The notes under the pieces were generated by a model. It was given only the letters and a program-made list of their open reading frames with translations, did no database searches and had not been told where the DNA came from. Made by a program: the position numbers and the translations under genes. From Ostreococcus lucimarinus (taxonomy: Eukaryota), in NCBI GenBank assembly GCA_000092065.1, contig CP000581.1: 64,000 bases of DNA. One strand, given 5' to 3'. Shown in pieces: positions 56,660-64,000 of this stretch (within the stretch, counting starts at the first letter, position 1; every line of letters begins with the position of its first letter).

Positions 56660-59600
56660 TCAACGCAACAGTTTTCTCGGCAACAAGGTCTCGTCGATGA
56701 TGTCCTTCGGCACGTCCGAAGCCTTCCCAGAAAACGCGGCGTGTATAGCGGATATTTGCGTCGCTCTGACTTTCCGAGCAAGAATGGCTTCCTCTTTAAC
56801 GTCGTGCTCGCTCGCCAACGTGATTGCCTCGGTCGTGTCGTACGAGGATCGCTTGTCCGCCGCACTGGGAGATTTGGCGGCGACTCGTTGCGCAAAGACT
56901 TCGATTTGGCCGGGGAACCTTCGATGCACGTAATCGAGTTCAGCCGTAGATTTAAACCCAAGAACGCGCGTTTCGTCGACGGGAGGGAGGGTATCGGCCT
57001 TCGATTCTTCCTTGTTTGGCCAAATCCATGTGCCAAACGTCTCGCTCGTGCCCTGATCCGCGAGGATGGAGTTCACCTTGCGCTCGCGGTTCGATTCAAT
57101 CGTCACGTGACGCTTGTGACCGGCTCCGTCGTGCATGGCGCGCACCACTCTATTCTTGAACGGTTCGAGTCGATCGATTGTGTTTTCACTTTCTGGCGGT
57201 GCGGCTACGATGCCGAATCCCTCCTTGCCTTTGATGAGCCATCTGCCCGCCGACGCCGCTTCCGTGCGGTTGACGACATACGGGAAATTTGTCTGCGAAC
57301 GGTACGATGATCGCGCGCCGAACTCAGATAACATCCTCGCAATATTGAGTCGAGTACTGATGACGCTCTGATACCGCTTTTGCGACGCCTTGAACAAATC
57401 TTCCGCGGTACCCCACAAGTAGAGCACACTGCCGTGGTGCACACGCGCATCGACGGCTCTGGGTCCATCGATCGCTTGGAGGGAGATGGACGTGGGATCA
57501 GCGCCTTCCATGAGCATGTGCTTGACAATGTCTTCACAGCCGAGCTCTCTGGCTTCGGCTCGAATGGCCGCCGTGACCGCCCACATGAGTGGATAGCTTC
57601 GCATTCCGATTGATCTCTCCGGGTCGAGTACGAAGTTGTCGTTCAAAGTTTCGTCGAGCGCCGTCTTATCGCCTTGTTCGACGTATCGCTCGCGTAGCTC
57701 TTTGTACCTCCGCATCCGATGCGCTTTGAGCTGGTTTCGCGCATTCGAATACGCTTCCGGGGCGAGCACAGAATGCAAACCAATCTTATCGACGTTGGCG
57801 CCCTTGTTGATGCAAATCTTGGCGAGCGTTATGCCGACCGCCAGTTGCTCTTGCGACTTGGCTGTGGCGGCGCCGTACAGCGCGGCAAATAGAGGCGTGA
57901 ATTCGTAAGGAACCAAACCAACGCCATAACTCTCTAGTAAAGGGTTCCTGGCGAAGGCATCGATGTTATCAGCACTGCACTTCTCTAAAAGTTTGATCGC
58001 GACGGCCAAAGTGGTCTTTTGTCGGGAAGCGTGTCGGAGTTCAAGCTCTTCCCGCGTCAATGGACGAGCCGATTCCCACTCCGCTTCGATCAGCATCTGC
58101 TCTTCCCGGTCAGCTTCGCTCGGTGCACCGATTTTATCGACGTCATCATAGAGTTTGTCCATCTCTGTTTGATCAAATTCTTCAGGGAACTCGTCATCCG
58201 AAGGCCAGTAAGCGCTCCCCTCGTTCCTTGACTCGTATGATTCACCGCCAGAGGTGAGAAGAGTAGCAGTTTCTTCTTTAACCACCGCCGCGGATATGTT
58301 TTGTCTCACCTCCATGTTCATCCTGGACGAAATCATCGTCGTCGTTTCGATTCCACTCTTAGTCACTTTGACTTGTGAATCTGACCCCGTCGCGCTTTGT
58401 CGTTTTACACCGAAATTTTGCAAGCCTTTTGGAATTATCCCATGGACCATTCGATTGAGTTCGGTCTGTCTCTTTTCTTCTTCTTCGTTGATAGCCCAAT
58501 CTAGTTCTTTAGTGTCCGCAGCTTGGAGTTGCTCTTCAAGATCATCGTCTGTTTGCGGATCCGAGTCGTACACGTTCTTATCGACCGAACTCGACCACCA
58601 CGTACTTGACCGTACTTGACCACCACGTACGGTGTTGTTTGGATTGACGAATCGCTGTCGTATCTCGTGTGCTCTTCGTTCATTCTCTTTCCGGGTTATC
58701 TCAAGAGCCCTCGTCTCGAAAGACGTATGGCCGACGACCACTGTTCGCACGAGGCCTGGAATATCTCGGCGCGCGGCGATGCTTGCTGGTCCAAATCTTG
58801 AGCCTTTTGGACGAATCACGCCCTGCACCATGCTCATTTTAGGCACAATTTTCGTGGGTACAGCTTCAGTATCAGCATTGACGTCTTCAGGCGCCTCCTC
58901 GACCGTGTACACTCGTCCATCGTCTGGACGCTCGGGACGCAACGCGTCGAGCACGGTCCGTCGCCGCAACGCACTGATATCTATGTCGTCATTTACCCCA
59001 CCGAGAATACGCGCTTCATTTCTTTTGGTAACCTTTTCGTAGAAACTCGGTTCCTCCTCGCCCTGATCATATACTCGGGTACTCTGCCTTCTGAACGCCG
59101 CGTGCTCGAGGGCATTTGAAATGGTGTTGTCGAATTTGTCTTCCTCCGTTTCCTTTGTTTTTGGTTGTTCTTGATTGGCAGCTTGATTCAAACGAAGCAA
59201 AACTTCCCCAACGTTGAGCCTTTCGAAGTTTGTTTCGTCTTCTGGTGCTGGAAGCGGCGCCGCGGCTTCGACGGCCGCTGCGATAGCCATGGCCACGAGA
59301 TTGCCTTCAATCCATGAGTGGAAATTTTTGTGCATCATCCGCCGAACCATCGCGCCAGCATCGAGAAGGCGCACGACCAACTCCACGGCTTCTTTATGGC
59401 CTTCTTTGGCCGCGGCCTCGATGGCCCAGAACAAAGGTGGATATTGGCACTCGCCTGAACGATGAGGAAGCGCTGGGAAAGGCGCGCCGAAATCAAAGTT
59501 CTTCACAGAGCCAAACATGGACGATCTGACTGATGCATCATCGTCAGTATCGCCTGACTCTTTGATTTTCTTTAGTCTTGTCACCTCTTCGAATACTTTT

Positions 59601-62455
59601 CCGAAATCCAGAGAGCTCAGTTCGCCATCGCTCAGATCTTCGTGCTCGCCGGGGTGAGGCGGAACGAGCTCCATTGATGGCTGACGCACTCGATGTACAA
59701 TGGATGCGACTTGCGCATTTTCCTCGGCACGTGCGCAAAGAAGTGTACGTTCTGGCATCATAGCGAATGTTACCGCCGGTACCTGATGATTTGTAATCTT
59801 AATCGCCTCAATGTATGCCTCTGGAATTTTCTCGCTGTAAACTTCGATGCAACACAAATTTGGATCGGCGCCACGTTCGAGTACTTGTTTAATCAATCTA
59901 AGAATTCGCTGACGATCCGACTTGCCCGCACGCAAAGCGTGAATGAGCTGTATTAGTGTTGTTCCTTTACTTCCATCCGGAAAGAGTGCCTTCAGGTCCA
60001 CGGATACGTTATACTTTAAAAGCTTCTCAAAGGCTTCTTCGGCGCCATCAACGCCGTGATAAATCGCCATCGCGAGCGTAAAGAGAGGTGGTGCGGCGAT
60101 CGGATAAGGACCTAGACCTCGTGCATTGACGTCAATGTTGGTTTCTAGTAACATTTCGAAGAGCGGGTACGCCTCTTGCATGTCTCTTGCGATGTAACCG
60201 CTAACCATACACAGAGGCGTGGTTGTCGTTTCCGCGCACGTGTGTGCGAACTCGCGGTTGAGCGTCATGCGGACGTTCGGATTCGCGCCCCGCTTCAACA
60301 GTGATTTGGCAAGATCGAGACAGTCGAGTCTCGCCTGCGTCGGTCTGTTGAAGACAACGGCCTTCTCTTCTTCTTCTCCCTGAGCTAGCGCCAATGCTGT
60401 TGTGACATCGCCGATGGCTTTTTCCGAGCTGTCAATGAGAGAAAATGTCACGTTTTTCGCCGTTTCAACAAGCAGCTCGAATCTGCCTAGACGAGCCGCT
60501 CGCGCTTTCGCACGTATTCGTTTCAACTCTTCCGGATCTTCATGGTCCAAGAACACCCCCGACTTGGATTTCATCATGTACTCTGTAAAGCCAACGACGA
60601 AGGTATTCCCATCCTCGTCTGTGTATTGCGTCGCCCCTTTTGCAGCAAGCGTCTCCTCATTATCTCCCTCAGGCTCAGATTCGGATACTTGTTGCTGCTC
60701 TTCGATAACGCTATTTTGTTGCGCTTTCTCCGCCTGTGCGATTGCGGCGGCAATTCTAGCGGCTTTTCTATCGCGCTCCGCCTCGGCGGCAATTTCCTCA
60801 TCCGTCATGATCATTTCTTTTTTCCTCTCCGTTTCAAATTCCTCGCGCCGCGCCACGGCACCTCGACCATCAAACGCGGCATCGTTAATATCAGGTATAT
60901 ATTCATCCAGTGCACTCAAATCTTCGGCGTCAACGGCCGAAAGTGCCCGCCACGACCCTTCGCCTTTGGACAACTGCGAGCCTAAAACACTTCCCATGTC
61001 TGAGACGTTCGCTTTCACGGCGGCTGATTCCCACCAAGTTCTCGTTTCTATGAAACCGAGACTATTGAACGAACACGGTGCATCTATGGCGTCTATCACC
61101 ATGGCAAGCAAAGGTAATTTTCGGCCGTGATGCGATCGGGCGCCGACGTAGTCGTCGGTGATTTTATCCAACTTTTCTAAAAGCAAATCCATCAGTGCAA
61201 TCGCGACTGTACCTACTCCTTCCGCGATGGCGCACGCTAAAATGAAAATCGCTGGCCCTCGCATTAGCGTGTGTATCTCTACCGGCGCTATACGGCGATC
61301 TGCCAATTCCTCCACGCTGAGCCGGTGCGTGAAGGTTGAATCTATGTTCAGCTTGACGTCATCGCAACCTTGTATTATCAGCCCCGCAAGCTTCGCTATC
61401 CGACATTTTCGCTCGTACTCCATCTCGTACGGAATGCTAGACTCGAGCGCAGCGCAACACACATTTAGTGGAGTGAGAAATTTTCCACAGCACGCATGCC
61501 TACCTGGTCGCTCGCACTCGGCATTTGCGCTCGCGCCTCGACTAGTCAATCGAGCCGCCAGAGACAGCACGTCGTCTCCGGCGCCCGAGATGATGGCCAG
61601 CGCACAAAAGAACAGAGGTGAGCCATATGTGCCCGGGACCCCGGCGTAGGGCGCGATGCGGTTATCTGCGATCGCACCCGTCTCCGGCTGTATTTTGTAC
61701 ATGCCGTTCGCGCTCGCGCCCGCGGCGAGCATCGCCGTCGCGAATTCCACAATCGCCCCTGAACTTTGAGCGAACGAATCTCCTCGCTCACCCACGCTCT
61801 TACGAATCGCCGCCACTTTCTCTGCGTAGAGCGCACCCTCCTCGTCAGCCTCCTCTAACGCCCGTTCGTGATGCTTGTCTCTCGTCATCTCCCGCGCGTC
61901 TCGCGTTCTCCGCTCGCTCGGCGTCAGCATCCTCGACTCCAACATCGAGCACAACAGCGCGAGCGGCGAGATCCCTTTCCCATGGTTCATTCGATTCCCC
62001 ACCGCATCTAAATCGCACTCAAACTGCACCAACGATTCGAACAATGGTCGCACTTCGCTCGCGCTCGCGCCCTCCACCATCGCGCACGTCAACAACCACG
62101 TCGCCCTTCCGCTCGTCCCATCGCTCATCACTTCGTTCTCCTCCAGCGCGGCCGCGTCCACGCCACCGTCCGCCATCGCATCCGTCTCGTGCTCCGCTTG
62201 TTGGATCGCCAACCGCACGCGCGCGAGCTTTTCGTTGCGCTTGTGTTCGGCGAGTTTGCTCGCGACGTGGACGCGCTCGGCGACCGCGCGCGCGACGCTG
62301 TCCGACGTCGTCTCGGCCGTGGAGCTCGCCCAGGCGGGGAAGGACGCGGACGTCGATCCATTCGAGCGATGACGGCGCGCCGACGACGCGTCGCTCGCGC
62401 GCGGCGGCGCGGACATCGCGCGCGCCGGGCTCTGCCGCGCGTTTAGTGTTACCAC
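56660..62455 (-). CDS. Giant (1931 aa) uncharacterised protein with degenerate ankyrin-like repeat modules and acidic/coiled-coil segments
   Basis: Single uninterrupted 5.8-kb ORF in a high-GC genome. There are recurrent ANK-like helical-hairpin modules: PLFFCALAIISGAGDDVLSLAARLTSRGASANA; TPLCMVSGYIAR..LFEMLLETNIDVNARG; PPLFWAIEAAAKEGHKEAVELVVRLLDAGAMV; TPLFAALYGAATAKSQEQLAVGITLAKICINKGANVDK; YPLMWAVTAAIRAEARELGCEDIVKHMLMEGADPT. I see no catalytic motif. An alternative start is the ATG at 62416. Confidence 0.8.
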   Translation of the reverse strand: MVTLNARQSPARAMSAPPRASDASSARRHRSNGSTSASFPAWASSTAETTSDSVARAVAERVHVASKLAEHKRNEKLARVRLAIQQAEHETDAMADGGVDAAALEENEVMSDGTSGRATWLLTCAMVEGASASEVRPLFESLVQFECDLDAVGNRMNHGKGISPLALLCSMLESRMLTPSERRTRDAREMTRDKHHERALEEADEEGALYAEKVAAIRKSVGERGDSFAQSSGAIVEFATAMLAAGASANGMYKIQPETGAIADNRIAPYAGVPGTYGSPLFFCALAIISGAGDDVLSLAARLTSRGASANAECERPGRHACCGKFLTPLNVCCAALESSIPYEMEYERKCRIAKLAGLIIQGCDDVKLNIDSTFTHRLSVEELADRRIAPVEIHTLMRGPAIFILACAIAEGVGTVAIALMDLLLEKLDKITDDYVGARSHHGRKLPLLAMVIDAIDAPCSFNSLGFIETRTWWESAAVKANVSDMGSVLGSQLSKGEGSWRALSAVDAEDLSALDEYIPDINDAAFDGRGAVARREEFETERKKEMIMTDEEIAAEAERDRKAARIAAAIAQAEKAQQNSVIEEQQQVSESEPEGDNEETLAAKGATQYTDEDGNTFVVGFTEYMMKSKSGVFLDHEDPEELKRIRAKARAARLGRFELLVETAKNVTFSLIDSSEKAIGDVTTALALAQGEEEEKAVVFNRPTQARLDCLDLAKSLLKRGANPNVRMTLNREFAHTCAETTTTPLCMVSGYIARDMQEAYPLFEMLLETNIDVNARGLGPYPIAAPPLFTLAMAIYHGVDGAEEAFEKLLKYNVSVDLKALFPDGSKGTTLIQLIHALRAGKSDRQRILRLIKQVLERGADPNLCCIEVYSEKIPEAYIEAIKITNHQVPAVTFAMMPERTLLCARAEENAQVASIVHRVRQPSMELVPPHPGEHEDLSDGELSSLDFGKVFEEVTRLKKIKESGDTDDDASVRSSMFGSVKNFDFGAPFPALPHRSGECQYPPLFWAIEAAAKEGHKEAVELVVRLLDAGAMVRRMMHKNFHSWIEGNLVAMAIAAAVEAAAPLPAPEDETNFERLNVGEVLLRLNQAANQEQPKTKETEEDKFDNTISNALEHAAFRRQSTRVYDQGEEEPSFYEKVTKRNEARILGGVNDDIDISALRRRTVLDALRPERPDDGRVYTVEEAPEDVNADTEAVPTKIVPKMSMVQGVIRPKGSRFGPASIAARRDIPGLVRTVVVGHTSFETRALEITRKENERRAHEIRQRFVNPNNTVRGGQVRSSTWWSSSVDKNVYDSDPQTDDDLEEQLQAADTKELDWAINEEEEKRQTELNRMVHGIIPKGLQNFGVKRQSATGSDSQVKVTKSGIETTTMISSRMNMEVRQNISAAVVKEETATLLTSGGESYESRNEGSAYWPSDDEFPEEFDQTEMDKLYDDVDKIGAPSEADREEQMLIEAEWESARPLTREELELRHASRQKTTLAVAIKLLEKCSADNIDAFARNPLLESYGVGLVPYEFTPLFAALYGAATAKSQEQLAVGITLAKICINKGANVDKIGLHSVLAPEAYSNARNQLKAHRMRRYKELRERYVEQGDKTALDETLNDNFVLDPERSIGMRSYPLMWAVTAAIRAEARELGCEDIVKHMLMEGADPTSISLQAIDGPRAVDARVHHGSVLYLWGTAEDLFKASQKRYQSVISTRLNIARMLSEFGARSSYRSQTNFPYVVNRTEAASAGRWLIKGKEGFGIVAAPPESENTIDRLEPFKNRVVRAMHDGAGHKRHVTIESNRERKVNSILADQGTSETFGTWIWPNKEESKADTLPPVDETRVLGFKSTAELDYVHRRFPGQIEVFAQRVAAKSPSAADKRSSYDTTEAITLASEHDVKEEAILARKVRATQISAIHAAFSGKASDVPKDIIDETLLPRKLLR

Positions 62456-62559
62456 GACGCGACGTAGAGTGCGCGGGTTTTAGTCCATGTTCGAGGCGCG
62501 GTGTGCGTTCGGTAATCGGACATTCGGTGTATGCGTTTTTAGTTTGAGTATTAAAAGAA

Positions 62560-64000
62560 ATGACATCGGCGCCGCGTTTGAAAATTCGCGTCTGTCGCGC
62601 CGCGCCATCGCCCGACGCGCGCGCGACGGTGATGGCGCTCGCGCGCGAGCGTCACGGTGACTCGAGCGATGAGGACGCGTCGCCGAGCGCGAAGCGCGCC
62701 AAGGCGAGCGATGCGCGCTACGACGCGCGTGGGTACGTCCCGGGGGCGCTCATGCGGGTCACGATGCACAACTTCATGACGCATAAACACGCGACGTTCG
62801 AGCCTGGGCCGCGGTTGAACGTCGTGCTGGGACCGAATGGGACTGGGAAGAGCGCGTTCGTGTGCGCGGTGTGCGTTGGACTCGGTGGATCGCCGAAATT
62901 GCTCGGTAGAGCGGGATCGCTTGGAGATTTCGTCAAGCGCGGCGAGGAGAGCGCGTACACGGAGATCACGCTGCGGGGACGCGACGCGGCGAAACCGATC
63001 ATCATTCGACGAGATTTCAATAATCGCGCCGGTGGGGCGTCGACGTGGAAACTGAATGGGGAAACGGTGAAGCATGAACGAATTCAACAAGAGATGAAGG
63101 CGTTGCACATGCAGTTGGACAATTTGTGCTCCTTCTTGCCGCAAGACAGAGTGGTGGCGTTTTCGATGCTCAATCCGCAGGAGTTGCTGTTAGAGACGGA
63201 GAAGGCGATCGGAAACGCAGAGATGTACGAACAGCACGAAAAGTTGAAGAAGATGAAGGATGGGATTTTAGATTTAGAGCGGTCGGTGGATCAAAAGACG
63301 ATGCGCTTGGACAAGCTCGGGCGAGACAACGAAAAGTTAGAACGCGACGTCGAACGGCTTCAAACGCGTGAGAAATTACTCGACCAGGCCAAAGATATGT
63401 CTACTAAGATTCCTTGGCTACTTTATGATCGATGCGCGGTGGAGAGGCAGCAGATTATGGCGGCGTACAAGGCGGCAAAGGAAAAGGTGCAACAAGCCAA
63501 ACTCGAGCACGCAGAGAAACTTAAGGAATATCATGAGCTAGAAACGCCGTACAACGCCATGGTGGATAAGATTAAGGAAGGTCGTGACAATTACAAGGAT
63601 ACGAAGAGCACGCTGTCGAAGATGGATGCAAAATTTAACAAACTCGCGGGCAAGCACGACGCGCTGACTCGATCTCTGAAAAAGGCGCGCGACGAAGCCA
63701 ACTCTGCTAAGAAGAAGTTACAGAAGCGCGAGGATACGATCGCTCTGCTCAAGGCACAACTTAATGATGTGCCCGAAGTGCCTAGGGATATTGATCAACA
63801 ACGAGCGGAGTTGAGAACTCGCACGCAAGCGGTTCATAACGAAGTCAGAGGCACCGACGAGGCGCTTCGTAAGGCGCAACTTGAAAAGCGCCCGCTCGAT
63901 GACGAATTCCAACGTTTGAAGCGACAACACAATGCGCTCGAATCCGTGCGCGAGCAAAAGATCATGAGATTGTCGCAGCATCGCAATTTTGGTCGCATCA
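62560..64000 (+). CDS. SMC5: Structural maintenance of chromosomes protein 5 (SMC5), N-terminal part; continues beyond the window end
   Basis: My own translation from the ATG at 62560 is open to position 64000: ..YVPGALMRVTMHNFMTHKHATFEPGPRLNVVLGPNGTGKSAFVCAVCVGLGGSPKLLGRAGSLGDFVKRGEESAYTEITL..LCSFLPQDRVVAFSMLNPQELLLETEKAIG.. followed by a long coiled coil. This matches human SMC5: [90 protein letters not shown]. It is absent from the ORF track because no stop lies in the window. Confidence 0.85.
   Translation, partial: MTSAPRLKIRVCRAAPSPDARATVMALARERHGDSSDEDASPSAKRAKASDARYDARGYVPGALMRVTMHNFMTHKHATFEPGPRLNVVLGPNGTGKSAFVCAVCVGLGGSPKLLGRAGSLGDFVKRGEESAYTEITLRGRDAAKPIIIRRDFNNRAGGASTWKLNGETVKHERIQQEMKALHMQLDNLCSFLPQDRVVAFSMLNPQELLLETEKAIGNAEMYEQHEKLKKMKDGILDLERSVDQKTMRLDKLGRDNEKLERDVERLQTREKLLDQAKDMSTKIPWLLYDRCAVERQQIMAAYKAAKEKVQQAKLEHAEKLKEYHELETPYNAMVDKIKEGRDNYKDTKSTLSKMDAKFNKLAGKHDALTRSLKKARDEANSAKKKLQKREDTIALLKAQLNDVPEVPRDIDQQRAELRTRTQAVHNEVRGTDEALRKAQLEKRPLDDEFQRLKRQHNALESVREQKIMRLSQHRNFGRI

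Noticed and set aside
1-64000. Prokaryotic-style defence, mobile-element or biosynthetic gene cluster
   Set aside because: All recognisable genes are eukaryotic nuclear types, including nucleoporins, Pol III, a cyclin B and a cyclin-like protein, SMC5 and a spliceosomal intron. They have mixed orientations and unrelated functions. There is no operonic organisation, integrase, transposase or reverse transcriptase, and no terminal inverted or long terminal repeats.

Overview
This is high-GC, very gene-dense eukaryotic nuclear DNA: I count about 34 protein-coding genes in 64 kb, arranged on both strands in head-to-head, tail-to-tail and tandem orientations. I see no operons, CRISPR arrays, rRNA or tRNA genes, or recognisable transposons. 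Homology I can recognise includes Viridiplantae-specific genes (AKR2, a PLGG1/LrgB-like glycolate translocator) alongside core eukaryotic genes: Pescadillo, RNA polymerase III subunit 2, DRG GTPase, B-type cyclin and a cyclin-like gene, nucleoporins Nup85 and Nup107, SMC5, ITPase and cytochrome b5. I infer that this gene content, the near absence of introns, TGTAA poly(A)-like signals at gene 3' ends, and by-eye G+C of roughly two-thirds point to a prasinophyte (Mamiellales, Micromonas-like) nuclear chromosome; that lineage call is inference, not a database result. I can demonstrate only one spliceosomal intron, 69 nt with GTGAGT...AG, in the DRG gene. Many 5' gene ends sit in GC-rich low-complexity tracts (gcgcgacg-type) that are open in several frames, so start codons are uncertain and many long antisense ORFs in the track are artefacts. 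I found no prokaryote-style defence or biosynthetic system. The items most worth a second look are a 1931-aa intronless ORF with degenerate ankyrin-like repeats, a riboflavin kinase fused to a SAM-methyltransferase-like N-domain, an unknown protein with an internally duplicated module, a Patched/Dispatched-like SSD protein missing its first transmembrane exon, and several head-to-head gene pairs with under 100 bp between putative start codons.
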